In this document: positions 1 through 11,442 of the stretch, one piece after another | How positions within the stretch are numbered: the first letter of the stretch is position 1 | How the letters are laid out: each line of letters opens with the position of its first letter | From: a virus | Lineage: Duplodnaviria > Caudoviricetes | Virus record (IMG/VR): IMGVR_UViG_3300012662_000008 | Span: 102,529 to 166,528 of that record | Length of the DNA: 64,000 nt | Reading direction: 5' to 3' (one strand) | Notes under the pieces: generated by a model | The model's database searches: none | The model's input: only the letters and a program-made list of their open reading frames with translations | What the model was told of the DNA's origin: nothing | Translations under genes and position numbers: made by a program

Positions 1-1016
1 TGCTCCACTAAATACTCATCCGGTATTGTAATTTCTAAACCTCCGCCATTAATATTAAGAACAGTAATGTTCCTCAGGGCAGGTTTTGAAAATGAAATGC
101 CCTTCGAATTGATGAAGTGGATGTTTGCACAGTCTGACCCCAATGATATGTTAGTGCATTCGTTTTCGAATGTATTGTGCACGCATCGGTAACCGAGGGT
201 TATTCGGTTACTTTTATTCCCAAATATGTTGTTGCTACAACTTTGTTCCAATGTTATATAGCCGCAATTGTTCCCCAATGTGTTGTTGTTACAACTGTCC
301 CCAATTGTGTTAGATTTACAATAACTCCCCAACTTATTGCCCTTACAGTATGATTCGAATGTGTTTTTGCTACAGTCATACCCAAGACGATTACCGTGAC
401 AGCCGTAACCGAAGCTATTCCCGATACACTTGTCGCCGAAGTAATTGTTCCAACTTTCATACGCAAAATAGTTTGTCTTACACCCCGCCCCAAAGACTGA
501 ATTGCGAGGCTTAACCACACCCGCAGAGAAAGCCTCGTTCAAATCCTTCGGGTCATAAAAGATGTTGTCTCTGTCGTCACGCAGTTTGACATTAATCTGT
601 GCCTGAACTACTTGCTCGTTATTTAAACTCTGAGGAATAGTCCTAACATTATCATTAACTTTACCTTGCAACAAGGTATCTAACTTTTCCTCAGTTACTG
701 CCTCATCAGCAATCTTTTCAGTAGTAATAACACCATCTGGCAGATTATCACCATTTACAATAAAATCAGTATTAGGTAATATTGCTATTTCCCAATATGC
801 ATTCTTTTCTAGTCCAATTGCGTTATTTTTTGCATCACTTAATATTACAGGTTTGTTTTCCTCTTTAGATAAGTGATTAGCTTTACAAACAACAACAACC
901 TCATCTATTCTACAAAAATCTTGAACAAACTCATCGTTGAAATAATGTTGGTCCTCTTTTCATTCTCCAGACCAACGAAAGGATTTTCCTTTTTTATTTA
1001 TATTACTCTGTATCAT
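1..1016 (-). CDS. Tail fibre/spike-like protein with Cys/Asn beta-helix repeats (3' end runs off window; TGA=Trp)
   Basis: ATG at 1016; MIQSNINKKGKSFRWSGE(TGA)KEDQHYFNDEF..., open to position 1; repeated N-x-[FL]-G-x-x-C units; N-terminus paralogous to 6914..7834. Confidence 0.75.
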
Positions 1017-2254
1017 TATTTTATTGCGTTATCTATATCGGTTGTTGTTAAGGATTCCACTGTTGGTATTGCTGTCTTGAGGGCGTATTTGTTGGAAAGG
1101 AGTGCTCCGTTTTCCAAAAGACTAGGAGCGTCCACAGCGCCAACAAATGTACTCTTTGCATTAGCATCAATAGTGTATATAGTTCCAAGCTTTGCCACAC
1201 TTGAATATGCGCTGTAACACGTTTCGCCAAAAGCAAAAAGTTTACTAATGTTTAAACTAGAATATGTTGGGAATGCAATTGTGTCCATTCCAAAAATAAG
1301 CTCTACTCTCTCAGCTTGACTGTCGGCATTGCAATGAGTGTAAAAAAGTGGAACATTAATTACATTTCATCCACTTCATCCAGATATTGGCTGCTTTGTG
1401 GCTAGTTCTATAAACGTATCTTGTGCTCCTCATGTGTTTCTTCTAATAGTACATCAGCAATTTTTACAACTATTTGTTGTTACATACATTATGAATTTTC
1501 GTATACCAGTATATAGATAACCATTAAAATTATATAATGTAATCCTTAGTCTATCTTGTGTTGTTTTTGTATCTGACACATCTTTTTTACCACAGCGGAA
1601 ACTGGAATTATAGTATGTTGTTGAAACTAAGTTTGTTTTGTCTGCGTCAGAAGCATTGTAGTCAACTCAGGTTGTGCCCCCATCTGTTGAATACTCAATT
1701 TTAATACAATTTGGATTAAGAAAGTCAAGACGATTTGCTGTTAATTGTGTAACCATAGCTGCGTCTACTGGGGATACGGCATCTGTTATGTTTCTACCAC
1801 CCCACTTTAGATTTGCCTCATATAATCCACTGGTAAACTTGTCGTTAAGTATCTTCCCCTGTGCAGCATCCAACGCAGTACCGGTACTTGTTGTGGTAAG
1901 GTTGTTCGTTATGGTTGTTTTGTTGGCTCCAGTAGCAATTCCTGACAGTTTCGTTTTTTCCGCCGTAGTATAATCGTTTGTGGAAAGTCCTTTTCCAGAT
2001 TCTTTCTTTACATAAGTATCAGCAATAACTGCCCCATTTCCATCTTGTGTTGCTTTTTTAACACTGAGTTCAGATTCTAGTTTACTACCACCACCTCCCA
2101 AGAGGACGTAGTCATCTGTTAAGTTATTCTCTATAAGATATAGATTGTCGGGATCGTATTTATAAGTAACTCCCGCTTTTGTTATCTGTCCTTGTTCTTT
2201 CAGAGTAGCAAAATCAGTGCTACTAATTTTAAAAATTTTATTTAACTTTCCCAT
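1016..2254 (-). CDS. Tail fibre-like structural protein (412 aa, TGA=Trp)
   Basis: Track ORFs 1667..2254 and 1016..1288 are in one frame joined by in-frame TGAs (e.g. ISG-W-SG-W-NVI); KGLSTNDYT...KL fibre motif. Confidence 0.75.
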
Positions 2255-2267
2255 ATTGTTTTATATA

Positions 2268-2296
2268 AAAAACCTCCCTCCCGAAGGAAGGAGGGC
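2268..2296 (-). terminator. Rho-independent terminator
   Basis: GC-rich hairpin followed by a T-run on the minus strand, downstream of 2373..3131. Confidence 0.55.
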
Positions 2297-2372
2297 GCCG
2301 CAAAACAGTAGTAGTGCACTAGCACACGGCCGAAGCCGGATACTTCACTCAGTGATATACTAACGGCGAATA

Positions 2373-3131
2373 TTATATTGTTATATATTTTTCTTGTGTT
2401 CTATTTAGAGTACGAAATCTAAAAAGTCCAAAACAAAATCCATCTGAGAGTATTTCTGGCCTAATTTTTTCCAGATACGTCTGATCGTGTATTGTGTTAT
2501 CAAATGGTATGGCGTAATCGCATATATACTTACTAAGATATGCTTGATTAAAACAAATAGCAATCCTAATTTTAATAAATGGAGGGTAGTCTTCATTAAA
2601 ACTATTCTGTGTATCATTATTATAAAAATAATTTCACATGTTTTTTTTGTGATTTATTCAGCTAAAATGTGTGCTGGCATTAAAAATTGTATCTTTTATA
2701 TATTGTATTCCAAAATCATACACAGATTTTTCTGGAGTCATTTGCTGGATTAAAATCGTTTTTCAGGCAGTGCCACCACTACTCCCACTATATTCTAATC
2801 TACTATTTTTTTGCCTGTACGCATCTGTGTATTCAGGATGGCCTGGTTGCCTATCATAAGTTATTGCAGATCTATTGCATCTAACTTGCAAACACAGATA
2901 CATATTATTTTCTAATAATGTTTTATAAAAAGGTAAGCTAACGTTGCCTCCATTAAATTCTGAGCAGTCCTCTTTAAAAGAATCAATCGTTACTGTAATT
3001 CTATTTTTATCAAACGTCACAAATTTAATAAATTTATCCGAAAATTCCAAAGGTTTTTGTCTAGTTTTTGTGTCAATTTGTTTTCCGGTCTCTAACTTCA
3101 CAGAAGACCCACCTAAACTCATCGTAAACAT
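2373..3131 (-). CDS. Hypothetical protein (252 aa, TGA=Trp)
   Basis: Track ORF 2763..3131 stays open through three TGAs to TAA at 2373. Confidence 0.7.
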
Positions 3132-3301
3132 TATGTAAGATCTATTATTTCAATTCCACCCTTGGCTATCTGTACGCCACCTTTGTCTGTACCAAGCCAA
3201 ACGCCCTCTATTCCATCTGTGTCAAAAAATAATTGCCCTGCAGTAAGTTTTTTAACTTTTGTTTCTGTGTAGGGACCTTTTAAAAATTGTACTGTTTCCA
3301 T
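3131..3301 (-). CDS. Small hypothetical protein (56 aa)
   Basis: METVQFLKGPY...GQLFFDTDG; resembles the N-terminus of 5335..6888 (GAIYFDE); TAA overlaps the next ATG. Confidence 0.6.
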   Translation of the reverse strand: METVQFLKGPYTETKVKKLTAGQLFFDTDGIEGVWLGTDKGGVQIAKGGIEIIDLT

Positions 3302-3363
3302 ATTTTAATATTTTAAGAAATTGGAACTCTACGTTCCGATCAAGGAGCGTAGAGTTAATTGTT

Positions 3364-5322
3364 TTAGATTTCTGTCCAAGTAAGAGCATCATCAACATAT
3401 TTTTTGTTAACTGCTGAATCATCTCCTTCTGGTGTTGCTATTCCGATGAGTTTAACGGAATTTGTTCCATTTAAAATCCGCAAATTACCGCCAGGAAGAT
3501 ACTGTATGTAAATATTTTCCTCGCCCGTTCTCTGTAACACAATTCGGTCTGCTGAATCTGCGTCATTTATAGCAATAGGAGCATCAACTAAAACAGAATC
3601 GTGTTTGCCGTCCTTTAAACTATATTTAACAATATCATCAGAACTTAATGCCGCAGCTGTACCTAACCCAGCAACAGTACCAGTAAGTTTCTTGTCTGTT
3701 CCTACGGTGAAATTAACTGCTCCAGTTGCCGTTTTTCCAGAATCAACAGTAATTGCACCTTTTTGCCCACCAAAAGTTGTGACGCCAGTGTCAATTGCAC
3801 CGACTTTTGTATCAACATATGCTTTATTTGCTGCATCGGTATCAACTTCTGGGGAGGCAATACCCATGAGCACAACATTTTCTTCGTGTTCTGGATCTGC
3901 ATTAAGTAATAATGCCGAACTCCCATTATTCCTTGAGGAGGATTTTTGGATTGTTATTCCGTTTTGTCCTAACTCAATTTTTCCATTTTTTGTCTTGAAG
4001 TTCCCCTCAATGTCTACATCCTTTCCATTCGCTTCAAACTGTACTGAATTATCTGCCTTTCCAAGCGACGCCTGTACATCAGTTGCCAACTTAGCCTTAG
4101 TTACTGCGCCATCAGCAATATTCGCCTCAGCGATTGCCTCGCCAACAATCGTTGCTTTAAGTTTTGCGTTTGTATCAGAAGTTCCCTTAGTAATACTAAG
4201 CTGTACACCTTTTTGTACAGTCTCAAAACCAATATCACCTTTTTGGGTATCAATAGAAGTAACACCAGCAGCGGCCGCAGATGAAGCTGCACTTTTTGCT
4301 TCGGTTACACCAGCCTCAAGTTTTCCAAGAGCTGCACCAAGTGAATCAGTGGTTTTAACAGCGGTGTATTCATCTGCCTTACTGTAGTTTGAAATTATTA
4401 TATCAGCAATTACGCCGTAGCTTGCGGTAATTTTACCATCTGTTTGCGAAACACTTTTTACAATATAATTTGCTGATTTAGGCGGCGTCCCGACGTTCAT
4501 ATCAGTCTTTAATGCATATCCAGAAAGATCAACCGTACCACCGAGAGCGTCCCAGTGCGCAACTTTATGTGCTTCAGGCGCATCTTCAGCCGTTTCTGCT
4601 GGCGCCCAAACAACATTTGTTCCTGCTGGGTAAGGTTTTGATTCGAGTGTAAACGCATTTTGAACGTTATAGACATCTCCAACTGAGTTGTTAGCAGCAG
4701 CAGGAAGATCTGCGAAATTTGCAACACAGCCCTTTACTTTATATGCAGAAGCAACTGCGGTATCAATTGCAGCCTTAACTGCGCCTCCTGTTACGAGATT
4801 TGCATCACTAGCTTTAACCTCTGTAGAAACACCCTTGTAAGCTGCGCCTGCAAGACCCTTTACGGCAACATCTGTTGCTGCTCCTGTTCCAGTAGTTACT
4901 GAAATTGTACCATTAGCAGTTCCCGATGCAACTTTACGAACTGCATTTGTAGCGAGTGTCCCTTGTGCTGCAGTAGCGAATCCCTCAGTGCGCTCTTTGA
5001 AAGATTTAAGATCAGAAGCAGCCGTATCAGCGGTGCTTTTTACTGCAGTAATCTGCTCCTGAAGGTCTGAAATATCCCCAGAAACATCACCAATCTTTTT
5101 CCATCCAGCAGCTTGTGCTACCTTGGTCGTATCTGTAAGTACATATATTGCATGTTCGTCGTTAACAACAACCATCATGCCCTCATATATTGCCGTACCA
5201 AAAGAGTTGTACAGATCTGCTACAGAAGCAACTACTACCCTATCATCAAGCGGCTGCGCACCGGTCTGGTTAATTGCGGACGCTAACTTAATATTTCCTG
5301 TAAACTTTTTACTCATATTCAA
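3364..5322 (-). CDS. Tail fibre-like structural protein
   Basis: 652 aa, Ala/Thr/Gly-rich; PLDDR N-terminal motif; two DAANKxYVD/DSAVNKKYVD trimeric-stalk motifs. Confidence 0.75.
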   Translation of the reverse strand: MNMSKKFTGNIKLASAINQTGAQPLDDRVVVASVADLYNSFGTAIYEGMMVVVNDEHAIYVLTDTTKVAQAAGWKKIGDVSGDISDLQEQITAVKSTADTAASDLKSFKERTEGFATAAQGTLATNAVRKVASGTANGTISVTTGTGAATDVAVKGLAGAAYKGVSTEVKASDANLVTGGAVKAAIDTAVASAYKVKGCVANFADLPAAANNSVGDVYNVQNAFTLESKPYPAGTNVVWAPAETAEDAPEAHKVAHWDALGGTVDLSGYALKTDMNVGTPPKSANYIVKSVSQTDGKITASYGVIADIIISNYSKADEYTAVKTTDSLGAALGKLEAGVTEAKSAASSAAAAGVTSIDTQKGDIGFETVQKGVQLSITKGTSDTNAKLKATIVGEAIAEANIADGAVTKAKLATDVQASLGKADNSVQFEANGKDVDIEGNFKTKNGKIELGQNGITIQKSSSRNNGSSALLLNADPEHEENVVLMGIASPEVDTDAANKAYVDTKVGAIDTGVTTFGGQKGAITVDSGKTATGAVNFTVGTDKKLTGTVAGLGTAAALSSDDIVKYSLKDGKHDSVLVDAPIAINDADSADRIVLQRTGEENIYIQYLPGGNLRILNGTNSVKLIGIATPEGDDSAVNKKYVDDALTWTEI

Positions 5323-5334
5323 TTCCTCCTATAA

Positions 5335-6888
5335 TTAACCAATTGTGAAATTAACTCTATTCGAACCTTCGGTACCCTTGTACTCCCAAGCGTAATAAGT
5401 TGCAGTCGTATCTCCTGTAGCTTTTGTTATTGCAGTTGTATTCTTTACAAACTTAGAAAGTACATCGATATCATACTTTGCAGTAAGTCCGTTAAGTGCT
5501 TTTGCTGATTTAATTGATTTGCTTGAGTGTAACAGAATTCTGTAACCAGTTCCACCAGCCACTTGTGCAGCGAACGCTACTCCAAAAGTTGTGTTATTTG
5601 CGACAAGAGGAAGCTTCGTAGTGTCGGCAGTAGCAGTAACTGTCGGGGTCGATGTGTCTGAAGTGCCTGAAGAGGCTCCATTTGTATATATCGGATAATA
5701 CGCTTTAACTGTAGCACTCTTTGTGCTGGTAAGTGCTTTATTTGAGAAATGTGTAGTCTCTACCGCTTTGCTTGTTCCCTCTACTTTTTCCTTCGTGTTA
5801 GTTGCTGCATAAACTGTCTTTGCTGTAAACGCAGTAGGAACAGCAGTAACTCCGGCATTGCTAACAGAAAGAACATTATCACCTTCTGCAGCAGCATATG
5901 CTGTACCACTTGTTGCAGCTACAGCCGTAGCAGAACCAAGTTTTATTGTAGCAGTAGCAGCAGCAGTTCCAGTAGTTGTACCAGCCTTTGTTTCGGTGTA
6001 AGCTCCGGACTGAAATTTGTTGTCTACGAAAACACCGTATGTACCAGAAATAGTAACCTTTGATGAATTTCCGGAAACGGCAGTACCAGCAGCAAAAGTA
6101 GCAGTAAGGTCCTTTCCAACCTCGACTGTTGCTGAACTACCAAGGGAGGCAGTAGGTGCTGCAATAGATGGGCTCCAAGTATAACTTGCAGAAAGTGTAC
6201 CATTCTGCTTCTTTAAGAAAAGACCTTCAAGAATTTCTGCAAGAGACTTTCCTTCAGGAATAATTTTATTTCCCGCGTCATCAGTCCAAGGCCAAGTATC
6301 GCCAGTCTCTTGTACGTTATTTGCAAGTGGTCCTCCAGCAATTGTAATTGCTTTTCCAAGAGCGACATCCACATGTACCTTCTTATCTACAATTTTTGCT
6401 GCTGTATCAGTACCATCTTCAACTCCTGTAACAGGCACCGTAACAGTAGGGATATCAACACTTGCAGAAAGACCAGTAGCAGTCTTTGTGAGCACCACGT
6501 TTCCTGCATCTTCTCCAGATGCGATATCCAATGTAACCTTTGCTGCTGTCCCAGTTTTGCTAGCTGAAATCGCGTGCTTTCCGTCTGCCGCATCACCAGA
6601 AATTGTTTCGAGCTTCTTTGCAAGCTCGGCTGCCATTGCAGTTGCAGATGCAACATCAGAAAGATCTACTACAACATCTGCTGTACCATCACTAAACTTA
6701 ATTGTAAGCTTTTTGTCTACAAGTGTTGCATCAGCAACCTTTCCTCCATAAACTGTTGGTGTCGCTGTACCAGCTCCCAACATTATCTGTTTTTTGTTCT
6801 CATCGAAATAAATCGCACCGGCTTCATAAGTACTAGGGTAGGTAGGATTTTCTTTCTTTGTGATTTTAATAAATTTTACGTTTGCCAT
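5335..6888 (-). CDS. Structural (fibre/decoration-like) protein
   Basis: 517 aa Ala/Thr-rich, beta-strand-like ORF within the structural operon. Confidence 0.65.
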   Translation of the reverse strand: MANVKFIKITKKENPTYPSTYEAGAIYFDENKKQIMLGAGTATPTVYGGKVADATLVDKKLTIKFSDGTADVVVDLSDVASATAMAAELAKKLETISGDAADGKHAISASKTGTAAKVTLDIASGEDAGNVVLTKTATGLSASVDIPTVTVPVTGVEDGTDTAAKIVDKKVHVDVALGKAITIAGGPLANNVQETGDTWPWTDDAGNKIIPEGKSLAEILEGLFLKKQNGTLSASYTWSPSIAAPTASLGSSATVEVGKDLTATFAAGTAVSGNSSKVTISGTYGVFVDNKFQSGAYTETKAGTTTGTAAATATIKLGSATAVAATSGTAYAAAEGDNVLSVSNAGVTAVPTAFTAKTVYAATNTKEKVEGTSKAVETTHFSNKALTSTKSATVKAYYPIYTNGASSGTSDTSTPTVTATADTTKLPLVANNTTFGVAFAAQVAGGTGYRILLHSSKSIKSAKALNGLTAKYDIDVLSKFVKNTTAITKATGDTTATYYAWEYKGTEGSNRVNFTIG

Positions 6889-6913
6889 AAAATAAATTTA
6901 AAAATAAAAATAT

Positions 6914-7834
6914 CTATTTAACAGGTTTCCCTGTTTCGTCTGTCCATGTTAAATTTTTATCAATTTCAGTAACTCGCGCATCTATTTTTGTAACAGCTTC
7001 ATCAACCATTTCAAAAGTAGTTTCAAGAGGAGTTATTCTAGCAGAAAGACTATTAATTGCTTTTGTAATAACTTTATTTTGTACTGCTTTCTCAGATGTT
7101 TCAGATAATTCAGTATCAAAAGTTATTTTTGCCTGTAAGTCCTTGCTAAGTTTAGCCTCAGTAACAGCATTGTCGACTATTCTGCCAGTGTCTATTGTAA
7201 GATCCCCAACGGTATCTTTTAGCTCAGTTAACCTATCATCAACTCTCGTTATTTCAGCACGTAACGAGCTAGCCGTATCGTCAACATAACCTTTTATAAC
7301 TTTATTTTGTATTGGGTTTGTCGACGTATCACTAACTTTATCATCCGTTGGTAAAATCTTTGCTGAAAGCGCAGAGACAGCCTCATCAACAGTTGCCGTA
7401 ACTTCTTCCTGCGAAACAGCACCAATATTTATTCTGGCTCGCAATTTTTGCACATCTTCTAAGTGCTGCTCAATATCGAACCTAACCGCACTGTTGGAGC
7501 TACCTCCACCACCAACTAATGAAATCTGCCAATATTTCGTATTTTCTAGACCTATGACATTTCCTTTGCCGTCATATTTAAGAACTGGCTTGTTGTTCTC
7601 ACTAGAAAGATGCGAAACTTCACAGATGCACATAGCACCTTCAATTGAAACAAAATCAACTATATATTCGTCATTAAAATAATGCTCTCCAGCTTTTCAA
7701 TATCCGGCTCATCTAAAAGATTTGCCTTTGTAGTATTTCCTGGTAACATCATTTCCCATAATTCCAGAAAGAGCGGTACTTTTATTTTGTGTACTCCTTT
7801 CTAGATTGTTATCGATTTTAATTCCATTCAACAT
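6914..7834 (-). CDS. Tail fibre-associated protein (306 aa, TGA=Trp)
   Basis: ATG at 7834; KGKSFR(TGA)AGY(TGA)KAGEHYFNDE joins track ORF 6914..7633; repeated S-x-TS-x-x-x-[IV]QNKVI motifs. Confidence 0.75.
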
Positions 7835-8016
7835 TACTTTAATAACTCTACAAGCATTGCTGCTGTCTTTGGATCTGTTGCGTTATTTATATAATATATA
7901 AACGTAACAAGATTCATAATTCGATTCATTCGCTTTTTGTTGAACGGGTATCCAATTAAAAGATCATTCAGCTCTTCAGAAAAGAGCTCCTCAAACTCTT
8001 TATATATTTCATTCAT
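7834..8016 (-). CDS. Small hypothetical protein
   Basis: MNEIYKEFEELF...; stop/start overlaps with both neighbours. Confidence 0.6.
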   Translation of the reverse strand: MNEIYKEFEELFSEELNDLLIGYPFNKKRMNRIMNLVTFIYYINNATDPKTAAMLVELLK

Positions 8017-8747
8017 TATTTTCCTCCGCATCCACAATCAGAGGCAATCTTATCGTTATCACCACAGATTCCTCCGCAAGCATGTAATCGATTTAACAAT
8101 TGCAATGCCTTCTTTATTTCCCCACTCTGCGTGTAATAGTCAATAACTAACATTGCAGACAGAAGAAAATCTCTTTTATAGTTATCAACACCAGTGGAAC
8201 AAGTAAAATCACAACCTTTTTTCAAAATATCATCAATCGATGCTTTCTGCGCAGCGAAAAGGCATTTCTGTAACTTGCAAGTAACAAGACCGAGTTTCTC
8301 ACCAATAAAAATTTCCTGGAATCTATCGTGTGCACTATCATATAATGCCATATAATCAGTAATTTCAGTTGGTTCAGATTCTGGAGTTTCTTTCTCCCAA
8401 ACTCTATAAACACCGTCTCTATCTGCTGCTATATAAGCCCCAGAGTCATCCTCTTCATTTGGTAATACCAATCGCCTATATACATAACAGCCGTCGTGGT
8501 CGACTTTGTACGGGAGGGACTGCTTTAATGCAGGATCCCCCTCGTCCATAAAAAGTCTAATATTTACAAAAATAGGTTCAGATTCATCACCGTTCACATC
8601 AACTTCTGTAATAAACTCACAAAAGCCATGGTGTTCAAACACTTTTATATCAAGAGAGTCATAGTCAGTTTTATCATATGCAATCAAGTTGCAATCAGTG
8701 TCTGTCTCAAGCTCAAAAGAGAGCTCTGGGTACATATCGTTATTCAT
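8016..8747 (-). CDS. Hypothetical protein downstream of portal (Cys-rich C-terminus)
   Basis: 243 aa intact ORF tightly coupled to the portal stop. Confidence 0.7.
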   Translation of the reverse strand: MNNDMYPELSFELETDTDCNLIAYDKTDYDSLDIKVFEHHGFCEFITEVDVNGDESEPIFVNIRLFMDEGDPALKQSLPYKVDHDGCYVYRRLVLPNEEDDSGAYIAADRDGVYRVWEKETPESEPTEITDYMALYDSAHDRFQEIFIGEKLGLVTCKLQKCLFAAQKASIDDILKKGCDFTCSTGVDNYKRDFLLSAMLVIDYYTQSGEIKKALQLLNRLHACGGICGDNDKIASDCGCGGK

Positions 8748-8749
8748 AA

Positions 8750-11174
8750 CTATACTTCTTTTATTTTGTCGTTATATGGGTTGCCGTCATATAATTGTGC
8801 AATCTCAGCTTGGGCTTGCGTTTCTTTTATTTCAGCAACTCGCATATCATAACTGTGTTTATCGGCAGCAATCTTTTTATCCAACTCAAGACGATCACGT
8901 TCAAGAGCAAGTTTTTCGTTATTTGATTTCTCAAGTTGTTTTTCCATTTGCTGCATCTGTTCCTGCATCTGTTTAATTTGCTTCTCGTACTCTTTAACAG
9001 TTTGCTCGGCTTGGGTAGCTTGCTGTTGTAATTGCTGCAATTGTCCAGTTTCTGCCTTTTGTTTTTCAAGTGCGTCTTTCACAACCATTTTCAGTTCTGT
9101 AAGATTTTTTGCTGCGCTCATATCAACAATAAGTTCTGCGTTTGCTAAGCCTGCTTTTATAAGTTCTGCACAATATGCTTTTAACGTCTCACGAGTCTGG
9201 AAAGCTTCTGTACTATCCTGGATGTGGATATCAAAATCTGTCATTGTGTAGTACTCAGGTAAAGCTGTGAAAATCTGGTTCAATCTGGTGCCGTTAATAA
9301 GCGTACCGGCAATTCCTTTTTTAAATACGATTTTTGCTAAATTAAGCAGATCATAATTAACTTCCTTGTACATCAAATCCATTGCAGAAAAATACTGCTT
9401 GGTAAGTAGTGTAGATTGCCTAATTCCAACCTTCACATTGCTCACTGCATCTCTCTGCTGGATTCCTCCTAACTTTTCAGCAAATACTCCGGTAATCGAA
9501 CTGGCTTGTTGTTCAATACTTTCAAGTACCATCTGAAAGGCTTGGATTGTTTGTGCTTTTATCGTGTCATCATAACCGTTAAAAGCAGTATTAATCATCT
9601 GTGAACCTTCCATTGAAGAGTCAATTCACGCAACGCCCTGCTTTTTATATGCAAGCCATTTCTGTACTCGCTCGGGCATTTCTTCGCCAAGAAATTCAGG
9701 TAAGTGCGCTGCATCAAGAAAATCTCCAACTGTTCCAGACGATGCTATAAGGCTATCCCTATAGTAGATTGTAAGATCATATCTCGTTTTTGTTCACGTA
9801 GCTTCGCTAAGACTACGCCGCTTTCGCTGCTGCATATTTCTATGCAGTCCAGACTATATCATAACATTTCTGTTTCCCGTGCTTCGGAACGCTTGCTCCT
9901 ACATAATAGTCGTTGAACCTTCCCAAAAGGGCTCGGCTGCTGGTTGTCTTCGTCTTTCTCGGTAAGAGTTTCCAGCAATTCTCGGGATTTACCCAGGACT
10001 AGATAAGTCAATCCTGCAAGTCCATGGTACTCAATAAGATAGAGAATGGGTCTCCATTCTTATCTGAAAAGAAAAGCCCATTTATACTAAGCGAGCAGTC
10101 ATTTGGATTTGAAATGCTCCTCGTAATGCTTTTTGATTCACCACGAACTATATATATTTCTGTACCTATTTTAACTCCTTCGTGTCGAGTAAGTCGTTCT
10201 TTTTCTTTATCATATTCGATTCACTCGCATTCATAAACTTCATATGTATTCTCTTTTGCAATCGCAGACGCTCCTCTATTTTCCCTAATTGGATGTGCTT
10301 CCATCCCTCCGAGGATTCCAGGAGTTGATGTCATTGCACTAAACGGAGCCATATCTGTTTTCACATAAACGAAGTTATCATTTCTAACTCCTTGATCTTG
10401 GTGTGTCTCTAGTTTTTCTTTTGCTTCTTTTGAGAGATCATCGCCAAACTCGTCTAGGATTCTTTCTGCAGTCATTCATCGTCTAACAACTGCACGAGGA
10501 GATTTGTTAAGGTAAAATTCGTTAAAATTTCGCTCTACAAAAGTGTCTAGTGGATTTAATATTTCCAGACTAATTGTGTCACCTTTTGGGCGTGTTCTAT
10601 AATAACACATTCCCCCAATTAACAAGTCTGTTAATAGATCCCGCATTTTGTTTTTTAAGTCAATATCACGAGAGTTTTTAATATAATTTAAAATATTTTG
10701 TGCTGCTATTTCATATTCAGAGACGTAACTTCTTTCAGCGTCTTTCTTTATTCGTTCCATTTCTTGCTCGAAAAGAGCGTCAACAACTGGTTCTTTTCCG
10801 TCTCCAAAAACTTGTAAGATAACGTTATTTAACTGTTGTTCAAAATGCTTGTAAGCAGCCTCGTGTATCTTTAATTGCTTGTCTCGCATAATATTCGAGA
10901 TTGTCTTGTCATCCTTGCAAGTAATCTGTAGATCCGGATCAAGCTCAAGATATTCACCAACCAACACATCTACGTGCTTTTTAATCAATGGAGTAAACCC
11001 AACCGATGTTGGAGTTCCAATTCCATAGTTGTCTTCGATGTGTCTAAACTGTTCTTCGTCTCTCGTGCAATGATAGTAATTGTAAGCTTTTCTCAACTGA
11101 ACTTTATCATAAACTAACTCGTTAATACACTTGTTAATTTTTTCAATTTCCTTTTCTTTATTCATTGCATTCAT
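8750..11174 (-). CDS. Portal protein (crAss-like), TGA=Trp, split by group I intron 9785..10010
   Basis: Track fragments 10476..11174 and 10221..10475 join via TGA; removing the intron fuses ...MDLQD|RYDLTIYYRD... in frame with 8750..9613; follows the terminase; coiled-coil C-terminus. Confidence 0.8.
9785..10010 (-). mobile_element. ORF-less group I intron (226 nt) in portal gene
   Basis: Minus strand has P AATTGCTGGAA, Q AACCAGCAG, R GTTCAACGACTA and S ATGATATAGTCTG; P1 CAGGAU/GUCCUG with U.G at the splice site; P10 UAUCU/AGAUA; terminal G; removal restores the frame. Confidence 0.9.
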
Positions 11175-11442
11175 TTTTACACCCGTTATAAACGAGATCT
11201 ATTTTATAAAAACCAACCCTTGTTAATTGCCTGGTTTTTAACTCTTTAATTATATATTTTTTGAACTGTTCAAAATCACCCTGGTAGGAAAGTATAAGTG
11301 GTACTAACTCGCGATCCAGATAAAGAAACAGACTTCACATATCCGGCTCGTCGAACCTAACTTCAATCTTGCCTATATATTGGGCTTCAGTCACCTCTTG
11401 GACTAGTTCAACTATTTGCTGCTGGTATTGTTCTATATCCAT
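11158..11442 (-). CDS. Hypothetical protein between terminase and portal (94 aa, one TGA=Trp)
   Basis: MDIEQYQQQIVELVQEV...PDM(TGA)SLFLYL...ECNE-TAA. Confidence 0.65.

Noticed and set aside
3605-4387. 260-aa plus-strand ORF and similar antisense ORFs (e.g. 23149..23745, 26121..26657, 56443..56895)
   Set aside because: These are shadows of genuine opposite-strand genes, with no motifs or plausible start context
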